Assembly (NCBI GenBank): GCA_021773155.1
Contig: JAJFKQ010000027.1
Location: forward strand, 8,820-72,819
DNA length: 64,000 nucleotides
From: Woeseiaceae bacterium
GTDB taxonomy: Bacteria; Pseudomonadota; Gammaproteobacteria; Steroidobacterales; Woeseiaceae
Direction of reading: 5' to 3'
How positions within the stretch are numbered: the stretch's first letter is position 1; every line of letters starts with the position of its first letter. This document shows, in pieces, positions 28,767 to 37,697 of the stretch. Made by a program: the position numbers and the translations under genes. The notes beneath the pieces were generated by a model. That model did not search any database, had not been told where the DNA came from, and saw only the letters and a program-made list of their open reading frames with translations.

Positions 28767-30125
28767 TTATGCGCGTGAACTGTTTGCTCGCCTTTCGTCG
28801 ATTTCCTTGCGTTTCTTCCGCGCAGCTTCTTCCGCAAGTCGGATCTGACGGTTACGCTCGATCTCGGCATCGATTACACGAATCCATTGCCCCGACGTAC
28901 GCTGTGATCGGGGCGTCTTTGCTGCTTCACGAAACGCTGTTTTTGATTCGTTATATCGACGCAGGTTATAGAGACACATACCCAGCGAAATTCGAATATT
29001 GTCCGGGCTCTTGAGACCACCCTTTCGAATCGCGGTACTGGCAGCAGTAACGCAATCACCGTACTCACCGACATTCAAATAAGTGTTCGCAAGACGTGCA
29101 TCGACTTCGCCGTTCTTCGCAAGCGCCGCTGCAGACTTAAGTGCCGGGATCGCTTTGGAATCTTCCATCGCAAGCATCCAGCTTTGTGACAAGAGCCGGT
29201 AGTTTTTCTCGTTCTTGACGACGATGCCAGCATCAATTTTCTCTTGCAGGAGTTTTGCCGCTTTATAAGGAACCTCGGCCTGCAAGTAAAGCTGTGCCAT
29301 CGTGACGAATTCTGTACCCTTCTCCAGCATGCCCTGCGTGAATGCAGCATCGTAGGCGTAAATCAGCTTTTCATCCTGGCCCAATTCGGTGAAAGCACCC
29401 GCAAGAGACAGCCAGTAACTTTTCTTGGGCCAGGTTTCCAGCAGGATTTTTTGAATGTCGCGAACCTTGGTATAGTTCTCTTGCTGGAAATACGCAAAAT
29501 TCAGCAATCCCCACCAGTCTTCTTTCACGGGCATATCCCGAGCACGAGCGACTTGCATCGCATTCTCGATGGGTTGCACCATGGCTTTGTATTCGTTCAG
29601 ATGGTAGTGGACCTGCGCTTTCAGTATGAACGGTTGCGGCGCTGGATTTGTCTCCAATACGAACCACTTATCAATGGTCGTCAGGGCTTCCCGATAGCGC
29701 TCTTCAACCGTCAATAACTGTGCCATGGTAAACGTCGTCTGCTTGGCCATTTGTGGTTCAAGACTCGGTATCGCAAGCAGCTTGTTATAAGTGGAGATCG
29801 CCTGCGGCATGTTCTCCATGTTGTAATGAACGAAACCGAGATAGTTCAGAACATTGGCTTGCTCATACTCGGTCAGCTTGTCCGGGTTATACAAGCTGTT
29901 CAAAGTCTTCAGAGCAGCCGTGTAATTTTCCTCGTCGACCATTTCCTGAGCTTTCTGAATTCGCTCATAAACTTCTTTGCTGACGGCCTGGGCCTGCTTG
30001 GTCTTGGTGTCATCGTCTTTGGATGCTCTGGTTTGAGCAGCAGCGCCACCAGAAGCCAGCAATCCTGCCAGCAGCAGTACGCATAACTTCAGTAATATTC
30101 CACGATCAGTATTCATAAAAAACAT
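28767..30125 (-). CDS. TPR-repeat protein of TonB2-type cluster (TtpD-like)
   Basis: Signal peptide and multiple TPR-like repeats; last gene after tonB, as in Vibrio TonB2 systems. Confidence 0.65.
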   Translation of the reverse strand: MFFMNTDRGILLKLCVLLLAGLLASGGAAAQTRASKDDDTKTKQAQAVSKEVYERIQKAQEMVDEENYTAALKTLNSLYNPDKLTEYEQANVLNYLGFVHYNMENMPQAISTYNKLLAIPSLEPQMAKQTTFTMAQLLTVEERYREALTTIDKWFVLETNPAPQPFILKAQVHYHLNEYKAMVQPIENAMQVARARDMPVKEDWWGLLNFAYFQQENYTKVRDIQKILLETWPKKSYWLSLAGAFTELGQDEKLIYAYDAAFTQGMLEKGTEFVTMAQLYLQAEVPYKAAKLLQEKIDAGIVVKNEKNYRLLSQSWMLAMEDSKAIPALKSAAALAKNGEVDARLANTYLNVGEYGDCVTAASTAIRKGGLKSPDNIRISLGMCLYNLRRYNESKTAFREAAKTPRSQRTSGQWIRVIDAEIERNRQIRLAEEAARKKRKEIDERRANSSRA

Positions 30126-30167
30126 ATCCTTTTGGATAGATTCCCTGCCAAGGGCTATCGGTCGGCC

Positions 30168-30773
30168 TTAGTCTTCGAGCTCAAACGAAATACGGGTCTT
30201 TACGCCCGTCACTTCGACGGGTACACCGTCTACCACTCGAGGTTTGTACTTAAATTTCAGCACAGCTCGCGTGGCAGCGCGTTCGAACAGACTGCTGGTC
30301 GATTGAAGTACTATCGGATCTTTCACGGTTCCTGCCGTGGTCACGGTAAATGACATATCGACGAAGCCTTCCAGACCACGAGACAAAGCCCGCGATGGAT
30401 AAACCGGCGCAACTCGAACGATGGGCAGATAATCGCCCTCGGCGATATTCATTCCGCCAGGACCACCGATATCGGTGTTAGCTGTAATCTCTGGGCGTCC
30501 GACATCAATTGTCGGTGCATCAGGATCAATATTGTCCATATCCTGAGGTGGAGTCTCGGGTGGCGTTTCCGGCGGTTTCGGTGGTTTCTCCGGGGTTAGA
30601 TCCTGCGTATTGAGGTTCTCGTTTCGCTTCACGCGAACGAAATCAAGCTGCGCGCGCTCTCTGGGCGTAGTTAAAGCACCCTTACCCGTTGCGATTAGCA
30701 GCTGCATTACGAACAGCAAGGTGAGCGTAATGACAACCCCAGTGACAATTGAAATTAAATAGCGACCCATCAT
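30168..30773 (-). CDS. tonB: energy transducer TonB
   Basis: N-terminal TM, Pro-rich spacer PEKPPKPPETPPETPP, and C-terminal TonB domain (YPSRALSRGLEGFV). Confidence 0.8.
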   Translation of the reverse strand: MMGRYLISIVTGVVITLTLLFVMQLLIATGKGALTTPRERAQLDFVRVKRNENLNTQDLTPEKPPKPPETPPETPPQDMDNIDPDAPTIDVGRPEITANTDIGGPGGMNIAEGDYLPIVRVAPVYPSRALSRGLEGFVDMSFTVTTAGTVKDPIVLQSTSSLFERAATRAVLKFKYKPRVVDGVPVEVTGVKTRISFELED

Positions 30774-30807
30774 GGTCCTGTCTCCTCAGCGGCTCGCGCC
30801 GCTTTTT

Positions 30808-31218
30808 CTAGTCGTTGTCAGACGCAATCGCAACGTTGGTTACACCGGCGCCCTTGGCAGCTTCGAGAATTATGACCAACATTTCGTTGGTTGATTCTTC
30901 GTCGGCCTGGATCACGACCGAACCCTTGGGGTTTTCTGCGTGCAGCCGTTCGATAACACCACGCACATCACGAGGATCACGCTCCTGCTTGTCGATCCAG
31001 ATTTCATCGCTGGCGCTGATGGCAATCAGGATAGCTGCATCGTCTTGAGATTCGGCCGTGAAGGTATCTGGTCGATCCACTTGAATGCCGGCCTCCTTAA
31101 TAAAGGTCGCTGTAACGATAAAGAAAATCAGCATGATGAACACAACGTCGAGCATCGGCGTAAGATTGATCTCTTCGCTTTCCTCTTCGTGTCCAAATGC
31201 ACCTTGGTTATTTCGCAT
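30808..31218 (-). CDS. exbD: biopolymer transport protein ExbD/TolR (copy 2)
   Basis: INLTPMLDVVFIMLIFFIVTA TM motif. Tandem paralogue of 31243..31656, with obvious DNA-level similarity in the 5' third. Confidence 0.85.
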   Translation of the reverse strand: MRNNQGAFGHEEESEEINLTPMLDVVFIMLIFFIVTATFIKEAGIQVDRPDTFTAESQDDAAILIAISASDEIWIDKQERDPRDVRGVIERLHAENPKGSVVIQADEESTNEMLVIILEAAKGAGVTNVAIASDND

Positions 31219-31242
31219 GAGGTATGTCCTTAGAGATCCCGC

Positions 31243-31656
31243 TCAAGTCGAATCCGCAATGGATATGTTGTAGACGCTGGCACTACGTGATGCGTCCATG
31301 ACCGTCACCAACATCTTGTTGGTGGACCTTTTGTTCGGTTGAATTACCACCGACCCCTTTGGATTTTCCGCGTGCAGGCGTTCAATATTCGCCCGTACTG
31401 CGCGTGGGTCGATCATTCGCCGATCAATCCAGATGTCATCATTCGCGTCGATGACAATCAGGATATTGGCGTCCTCCGGCTTCGTTTCCGTTACCGGAGC
31501 ATCTGGCCGATTGACGTCAATTCCCACTTCCTTGACGAATGATGCGGTCACGATGAAGAAGATGAGCATGATGAATACGACGTCCAGCATCGGCGTCAGA
31601 TTGATCTCTTCAGAATCATCTTCTTGCTGGCCCATCGAAAAATCATGTTTTCGCAT
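31243..31656 (-). CDS. exbD: biopolymer transport protein ExbD/TolR (copy 1)
   Basis: INLTPMLDVVFIMLIFFIVTA TM motif; 137 aa. Confidence 0.85.
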   Translation of the reverse strand: MRKHDFSMGQQEDDSEEINLTPMLDVVFIMLIFFIVTASFVKEVGIDVNRPDAPVTETKPEDANILIVIDANDDIWIDRRMIDPRAVRANIERLHAENPKGSVVIQPNKRSTNKMLVTVMDASRSASVYNISIADST

Positions 31657-31666
31657 GGTTTACCCC

Positions 31667-32194
31667 TTAATGGTCCATCGTGAGTGAGTCTTCCAGAAAC
31701 TCAACTTCACTTGCCGCGCGGCGCGTAAGCAATGTAACAAGCAGGACACCCGAAAGTGCACCTACCATTCCTGCCATTGTCGGCACTGTTGCCTGCGACA
31801 CACCGGCCGCCATAGCGCGAACATTTCCAGAGCCCGATACAGCCATGACCTGAAACACGCTAATCATGCCTGTAACGGTGCCAAGCAGTCCGAGCAACGG
31901 ACAAAGCGCGACAAATGTCTGTATGAGACTAATGCCCTTGTTCGTTGCTTCGCTAAACTGCGAAATCAGCAACTCGCGAATCTGGTGTGCGTTCCAGGAA
32001 CGACGTTCCTGTCTCGTCTCCCAGCCGTCATGAATCTCCTTGGACAGGACTTTCATTGAAGAGCGGAAATACATAATCCGCTCAACAATGAGAACCCACA
32101 TCAAAAAAATCACTACAGCGATACTTTTTAATACGATACCGCCAAGATTCATGAAATCGCGTATGGCCTCAAAACTGTCAATAAGCCAATACAT
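31667..32194 (-). CDS. exbB: MotA/TolQ/ExbB proton channel protein
   Basis: 175 aa with the LLGLLGTVTGMISVFQ channel motif. Confidence 0.85.
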   Translation of the reverse strand: MYWLIDSFEAIRDFMNLGGIVLKSIAVVIFLMWVLIVERIMYFRSSMKVLSKEIHDGWETRQERRSWNAHQIRELLISQFSEATNKGISLIQTFVALCPLLGLLGTVTGMISVFQVMAVSGSGNVRAMAAGVSQATVPTMAGMVGALSGVLLVTLLTRRAASEVEFLEDSLTMDH

Positions 32195-32211
32195 GATTAC
32201 TCCTTTCGGCC

Positions 32212-33579
32212 TCAGCCATTACGCTCCGAGTGCTGGGCAACGATTCCGGCGCTCTGAGATTGGAGGATGTTGATGATCTTGCGACTCTGACCGCTGACCA
32301 CCGTGTGCAGCAGTACCATCGGAATGGCAACAACAAGGCCTAATACCGTTGTCATCAGGGCTTGCGAGATACCACCAGCCATCATTTTCGGATCACCGGC
32401 GCCGTACAGCGTGATGACCTGGAAGGTCTTGATCATGCCGGTAACGGTACCGAGGAGTCCCATGAGCGGTGCCACGGCAGAAACAACTTTGATGAATAGC
32501 AGTCCTTTCGTGAGTCCAGGCATTTCCTTGAGCGCTGCTTCACTAAGTTTAAGCTCCACAGTCTCGGTATCTGCTCCGCGATTACTTTCGTATGCTGCAA
32601 GAACACGACCCAGAGGATTGTCAGTGCTGGCCGTTTCACGTTTGAGCTGAGCCGAAACTCTGCGGCTGTCACCGGTGAGGCCGAACCAGCGCCAAATCGC
32701 GATCAATAGTCCGACAATACCTAAAGCAATGATGCAGTAACCAACGATGCCACCTTGCTCGATACGATCTTTGATCGTCGGTGACTCAACCAGAAGGCCG
32801 AGAATAGTGCCGCGAGTTACGTCGACACCAAAACTCACGACGCCACTGTCGGCGTCTAGCAAGTCGCCCGTTGTACTGGTGTAGCGGGACTCTGGTTGAC
32901 GAGCCAGTTCCGTTAGCGATCCTTCTTGCGAGTCGAACTTGAGGTAACCGTTTTCGTTGATGATGTTCAACGAACCAACCCGGATAACCTCCATCTCTTC
33001 CTGCTGTCCGTCCGCTTTTGTAACAACATTGTTGAAACGAACCACACGTCCGGACTCAACAATTTCGCGCTGCAGCATTGCCCAGAGTCGTTCGATGTCT
33101 TCGATTGACGCGAGGCTGCTTGCCCCTGCCATCTTGCTACCGAGTTCACCGAGGAAGTCACCGCGATCCGGGTACTGGATATTCGTCAATGAAGTGTTGA
33201 ACACACCCTGTGTGTCGCCAGAAACGGTCTGCAAAACGCCAAACAGCTCTTTGAGCGCACCCAGTCTTTCGTCCAGTGCCTGCCGCGCCGTAATGATGTG
33301 TTGCTGGTTTTCTTCGAATTGCTGCTCGAGTTGTGCACTGACGTTTTCCTGGCGTGTGCGTTCTGCTCGCGCCTGGTTCAGCAAAGATTGCTGTTGGTTG
33401 CGGGACTGTGCGAATGCGGATTCACGCTGCCTCGCCTCCTGCGAATCGCGAGCCTGTCCTTGTTCGATCAGGTTGAGGAGTTCGGCCATGCTGCGCGCAT
33501 TGTCTCCGCCCTGGGCGTTTGCCGTTGTCATTCCGAGACTTAGCAGTCCGGCGGCAATAATTAGTGTCAAGCGTTTCAT
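32212..33579 (-). CDS. large MotA/TolQ/ExbB family protein (TtpC-like)
   Basis: Signal peptide, Gln/Glu-rich coiled-coil periplasmic region, and a C-terminal ExbB-like domain (LMGLLGTVTGMIKTFQ); 455 aa, as for TtpC of TonB2 systems. Confidence 0.75.
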   Translation of the reverse strand: MKRLTLIIAAGLLSLGMTTANAQGGDNARSMAELLNLIEQGQARDSQEARQRESAFAQSRNQQQSLLNQARAERTRQENVSAQLEQQFEENQQHIITARQALDERLGALKELFGVLQTVSGDTQGVFNTSLTNIQYPDRGDFLGELGSKMAGASSLASIEDIERLWAMLQREIVESGRVVRFNNVVTKADGQQEEMEVIRVGSLNIINENGYLKFDSQEGSLTELARQPESRYTSTTGDLLDADSGVVSFGVDVTRGTILGLLVESPTIKDRIEQGGIVGYCIIALGIVGLLIAIWRWFGLTGDSRRVSAQLKRETASTDNPLGRVLAAYESNRGADTETVELKLSEAALKEMPGLTKGLLFIKVVSAVAPLMGLLGTVTGMIKTFQVITLYGAGDPKMMAGGISQALMTTVLGLVVAIPMVLLHTVVSGQSRKIINILQSQSAGIVAQHSERNG

Positions 33580-34359
33580 TTATGATGCCTCCGCTGCAGG
33601 AACCGGGATATTGATGAGTTCCGGAGCAATCAACTGGCGAGCCATGCGCAGGCCCTTGCGAATTTCATTGCGTGCCGAATCATCCATTACCCACTGGCGT
33701 GCTTCGTTGTCCCAACGACCAGTAACCTTCGCGTCATCAGACTGGAAATACAGTCCAATTCGGCCAATTCGTAGCATGTTGAATGAGCGGGTTTCGCCGT
33801 CGATCGTTAGAGACTGAGTGTAATGCTCGGAAGTCCAGCCGAATTCGTTCTCGATCTGGTAGGCCTCCATGACCTTGCGAAATTTCTCCGCAACAGAAAC
33901 GTCGGAGCGCTCCATAACTGCCTTTAGATCCGACACACGCTTGGTGCGCTCATCCATCAGGAACGGGATATCAAGACTAACGGACTGACCGAGTCCATCG
34001 ATCATGCGTTCCATCAAGGGGAAGATCTGGCGATTGATGACGTCAACCTGATCCATCGACAGACCGATGTCTTCCAACGTGGCCGTTTGACCTTCAACCT
34101 GCGCCCTCATCAGGCGGTTGTAGACTTTGAGTCCGTCGATTTCTTTGTTTACAGCCCTGTACTGGTCTTCCAGTGAACGCGTACCTTCAACAATACTGTT
34201 GATACGTTCCTGTGATTGTTGTGCCAGATTTAACCGACGTTGATCAGCCTGAAGTACCTGATCGACGGACTGGGCGAAAACGCTGCCGGAAATTGCGATA
34301 ACCGTAGTTGCGAAAAACGCAGTGGTTAGGCTCCGGCTGCTGCTTATGCACCGTTTCAT
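33580..34359 (-). CDS. periplasmic coiled-coil protein (DUF3450/TtpB-like), first gene of TonB cluster
   Basis: Signal peptide and coiled-coil N-half; abuts the next gene with no gap; AAGGAG Shine-Dalgarno 5 nt upstream of the ATG. Confidence 0.6.
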   Translation of the reverse strand: MKRCISSSRSLTTAFFATTVIAISGSVFAQSVDQVLQADQRRLNLAQQSQERINSIVEGTRSLEDQYRAVNKEIDGLKVYNRLMRAQVEGQTATLEDIGLSMDQVDVINRQIFPLMERMIDGLGQSVSLDIPFLMDERTKRVSDLKAVMERSDVSVAEKFRKVMEAYQIENEFGWTSEHYTQSLTIDGETRSFNMLRIGRIGLYFQSDDAKVTGRWDNEARQWVMDDSARNEIRKGLRMARQLIAPELINIPVPAAEAS

Positions 34360-34906
34360 GGACGCTCCTTAAAGGTCATAATTGTTTTAGTTAATATATA
34401 GGAGAGGGATGCAACGTATCCGTTGAATACATGCACAAATGTAAACCGAAAATGCTGAATGCATCTCCAATTGCGCACGCGGCCCTCTCCACTTTCGCCG
34501 CGTGGCGATAAACTATTGGAACCCCTTGTTATCTTTCTATTCGTTGGCATACCCAGAAATACCGTCTGAGATTTTCCCGCCATTTATTCCTCTTATATCG
34601 AAAGGTCCCCGTTCACTCTTGGGGCAAGAATAACACATGGTTTGTATATCGCCAGCCCAACAACTACATAACATTTATGACTTTCAAACATAGCCAGATG
34701 GACGCCAATTTCTGCTGTTGCGCTATAATTTGCTACCCATACCTTGCGTCTAACTGCAGCAGACGTCACAGAGTCTTTTTTGAGCGCCATATATAAGTGT
34801 GTATAGCTAGACGGCTTAGGTGCGATAAAGCCCATTACTATTAATACGTTACTAACCATAGTTAATGCGCCATCTTTAGTAACACACGTAACTGATTAAG
34901 CAGTGG

Positions 34907-34935
34907 TTGACATCAATACTTCCTTACAACATGAT
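34907..34935 (+). promoter_or_regulatory. candidate sigma70 promoter for leu/ilvC leader
   Basis: TTGACA (34907-12), 17-nt spacer, CATGAT (34930-35). This would start transcription within a few nt of the leader-peptide ATG. Confidence 0.35.
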
Positions 34936-34943
34936 TCGGCGTT

Positions 34944-35018
34944 ATGACTGCAACGCAAATCAAACGACTGCTCGTACTGCGACATTCTTTGCTTCTCCTT
35001 GGGAGGCAGAGCGGGTAG
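34944..35018 (+). CDS. putative Leu-rich leader peptide (24 aa, MTATQIKRLLVLRHSLLLLGRQSG)
   Basis: Small ORF with 7 Leu, including four consecutive Leu codons (ttg ctt ctc ctt). It lies 25 nt upstream of an intrinsic terminator that precedes ilvC-leuACDB. No Shine-Dalgarno sequence seen. Confidence 0.5.
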   Translation: MTATQIKRLLVLRHSLLLLGRQSG

Positions 35019-35043
35019 CGCGTATCCAGTCACCGGACACCGT

Positions 35044-35079
35044 AAACCCCGCATCCAATAGGATAGTGGGGTTTTTTTT
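35044..35079 (+). terminator. attenuator terminator in the ilvC-leu operon leader
   Basis: aaaccccgcatcc-aata-ggatagtggggttt stem (one bulge) followed by T8, only 28 nt before the ilvC ATG. No room for a promoter after it. Confidence 0.65.
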
Positions 35080-35107
35080 AGCTTCGCATTAATGCCAGAG
35101 ACGAATC

Positions 35108-36097
35108 ATGCAAATGTACTCAGAATCAGATGTCGATATTTCCTGCCTGACAGACCGTCAGGTAACCGTACTTGGCTATGGCAGCCAGGGACGCGCGCAT
35201 GCGTTAAATCTTAAAGATAGCGGCTTCGATGTCGTTGTCGGTCTGCGCCCGAGCGGTGCCAGCTGGGCTGTGGCAGAGGCCGATGGTCTGACCGTTCAGG
35301 AACCGAATGAGGCCGTTAGAGGCGCCGCAATCGTTATGTTCCTGACACCGGATATGGTCCAGAAAAGCTTGTACCTGTCTGTTGTCGACAATATCGATAA
35401 TGGCGCATTACTGTTGTTTGCGCACGGTTTCGCGATTCACTATGGGCAGGTAGAACCCCGTGCCGACCTGGATGTCGCGTTAATTGCTCCCAAGGGTCCC
35501 GGTGGTCTGGTTCGTCGCCAGTATGAAGAAGGTCACGGTGTGCCCTGCCTCGTGGCTATACATCAGGACGCTACTGGCAACGCATTGAAAACGGCCCTTG
35601 CCTACTCTGCGGGAATCGGTGGCGCTCGCGCCGGTGTGATCGAAACGACGTTTGCCGAAGAGACAGAAACCGATCTGTTTGGTGAGCAAGCCGTACTTTG
35701 CGGTGGCGCCACCGAATTAGTCGTTGCGGGTTTCGAAACGCTGGTTGAAGCGGGTTATCAGCCCGAAGTGGCTTATTACGAAGTCATGCACGAACTGAAG
35801 CTAATCGTCGATCTGTTGCACGAAGGCGGCTTGCGCAAGATGCACAAATTCATCAGCGATACGGCAGCCTGGGGAGACATGATCAGTGGTCCGCGCGTTG
35901 TCGATGATGCATCTCGCGCTGCGATGAAAGCCATATTGACCGATATTCAGGATGGCACGTTTGCGCGTAACTGGATCGCCGAAAACGAAAACGGCATGCC
36001 AGAGTTCAAACGCATGATGCAAGCAGACCTGGATCACCCGATCGAAAAAGTCGGTGCCGATCTGCGCGGTCGTATGGATTGGTTGGCGGAGGATTAG
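35108..36097 (+). CDS. ilvC: ketol-acid reductoisomerase (class I)
   Basis: [24 protein letters not shown]-binding motif; about 330 aa. Confidence 0.9.
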   Translation: MQMYSESDVDISCLTDRQVTVLGYGSQGRAHALNLKDSGFDVVVGLRPSGASWAVAEADGLTVQEPNEAVRGAAIVMFLTPDMVQKSLYLSVVDNIDNGALLLFAHGFAIHYGQVEPRADLDVALIAPKGPGGLVRRQYEEGHGVPCLVAIHQDATGNALKTALAYSAGIGGARAGVIETTFAEETETDLFGEQAVLCGGATELVVAGFETLVEAGYQPEVAYYEVMHELKLIVDLLHEGGLRKMHKFISDTAAWGDMISGPRVVDDASRAAMKAILTDIQDGTFARNWIAENENGMPEFKRMMQADLDHPIEKVGADLRGRMDWLAED

Positions 36098-36101
36098 GAC
36101 G

Positions 36102-37679
36102 ATGTCCGACATAAGCTCAGAAAACAGAATACGCATTTTCGACACCACATTACGTGACGGGGAACAGGCCCCCGGCTGCAGCATGACGCTCAGCGAAAAG
36201 CTACGTGTTGCAAAGGCGCTATCTGAGCTTAATGTCGACATTATCGAGGCCGGTTTTCCGGCGGCATCACCCGGCGATTTCGAGTCGGTAAAAGCCATCG
36301 CGGATCGCAACTTCGGTCCGGTAATTTGCGGGTTGGCGCGTTGCAATGCCGCCGATATCGAGAAAGTCCATGCGGCAGTAAAGGGCGCGGACAATCATCG
36401 TATCCACGTTTTCGTCGCGACCAGCGCAATCCATCGCGAGCACAAGCTCAAAATGGCCAAGGATGAGATCATCAAGAGCGCCGTCGGCGCCATCAAGATG
36501 GCGCGTGAGCTGTGCGACGACGTCGAGTTCTCACCGGAAGACGCATCAAGAACCGAGCTGTCGTATTTAGCCGAGGTTGTATCCGCCGCTATCGAGGCTG
36601 GTGCCACTACCGTCAATATTCCGGATACGGTTGGTTATACCGTTCCTGCTGAATTTGATCAGTTGTTCCATTACCTGAAAGAACACGTCGCACGCATCAA
36701 CGAGATTACGCTCAGTGTCCACTGTCACAATGACCTCGGCATGGCCGTTGCCAACAGCCTGGCGGCCATTGGTGCAGGCGCACGTCAAATCGAATGCACT
36801 ATTAACGGCATTGGAGAACGCGCTGGTAACTGCAGTCTCGAAGAAGTTGTGATGGCAATTAAGACGCGCGCGGAGTTCTTCGGACTTGAAACCGGTATCG
36901 ACACAACACGCCTGTATCCTACATCTCGACTAGTCTCGAACATTACCGGCATGCACCTTCCTCGCAACAAAGCGATTGTAGGCGAGAACGCTTTTGCTCA
37001 TGAAGCTGGAATCCACCAGCACGGTATGCTGCAACACGCGTCAACTTACGAAATCATGCGACCCGAAGACGTTGGTTTGAGTAAATCGAACCTGGTGCTT
37101 GGCAAGCACAGTGGCCGGCATGCGTTTCGGGATCGCGTTAAGGAACTTGGCTTCGAGTTGGATGATTTCGAAACCAATCGTGCGTTTCAGGAATTCAAGA
37201 AGCTGGCGGATAAGAAAAAAGACATTTATGACGGTGATATCGAATCGATCATCATGAATGCCGGAAGTTCGTCGTCCGGCCCCTGGACATTGAAGTCTCT
37301 CGAAGTGCAAACACATACCGATGAGCCGGCCACAGCGACCGTACAATTGATCGGTGAGGATGGCGTCGAAGTATCCAAATCCGCTCATGGCGATGGCCCG
37401 GTAGCCGCTGCTTTTCAGGCTCTGGAAACCGCAACAGGCGTTGACATGATATTGCGCAACTTTGAATTACACAGTGCGTCGATCGGTGAAGATGCTCTGG
37501 GCGAAGTGACCGTTACTGTCGATATCGATGGCCAGAGTTTCCGCGGCCGTGGTGCCAGCGTCGACATTGTCGAGGCCGGCTGCAGAGCTTGCCTCGAAGT
37601 AATGAATCGAACGCTGCGGCGCCGTGACCGTGGCGAAAGCATCGGCGCGGACACCGCGACGTCTCACGCAACCGTCTAG
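36102..37679 (+). CDS. leuA: 2-isopropylmalate synthase
   Basis: RIFDTTLRDGEQAPG and HCHNDLGMAVAN motifs. ATG at 36102; the listed 36054 start overlaps ilvC. Confidence 0.9.
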   Translation: MSDISSENRIRIFDTTLRDGEQAPGCSMTLSEKLRVAKALSELNVDIIEAGFPAASPGDFESVKAIADRNFGPVICGLARCNAADIEKVHAAVKGADNHRIHVFVATSAIHREHKLKMAKDEIIKSAVGAIKMARELCDDVEFSPEDASRTELSYLAEVVSAAIEAGATTVNIPDTVGYTVPAEFDQLFHYLKEHVARINEITLSVHCHNDLGMAVANSLAAIGAGARQIECTINGIGERAGNCSLEEVVMAIKTRAEFFGLETGIDTTRLYPTSRLVSNITGMHLPRNKAIVGENAFAHEAGIHQHGMLQHASTYEIMRPEDVGLSKSNLVLGKHSGRHAFRDRVKELGFELDDFETNRAFQEFKKLADKKKDIYDGDIESIIMNAGSSSSGPWTLKSLEVQTHTDEPATATVQLIGEDGVEVSKSAHGDGPVAAAFQALETATGVDMILRNFELHSASIGEDALGEVTVTVDIDGQSFRGRGASVDIVEAGCRACLEVMNRTLRRRDRGESIGADTATSHATV

Positions 37680-37697
37680 TTTTGTTTAGGAATTTCT

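Noticed and set aside
32957-33817. 286-aa plus-strand ORF
   Set aside because: It is entirely antisense to the well-supported TtpC-like and DUF3450-like genes, with Ser/Cys/Arg-rich low-complexity translation typical of antisense frames in GC-rich coding DNA.
34360-34460. Fur box in the TonB-cluster promoter
   Set aside because: The best match (aacaattatg region) has only about 7 of 10 identities to one arm of the GATAATGATAATCATTATC consensus, which is too weak to call.
34356-34859. Two minus-strand ORFs (75 aa and 88 aa) in the AT-rich gap
   Set aside because: They have no ribosome-binding sites, no recognisable domains, atypical composition and low GC. They are most likely non-coding.
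35801-36394. 197-aa minus-strand ORF over the ilvC/leuA junction
   Set aside because: It is antisense to two highly conserved biosynthetic genes and has no recognisable features.
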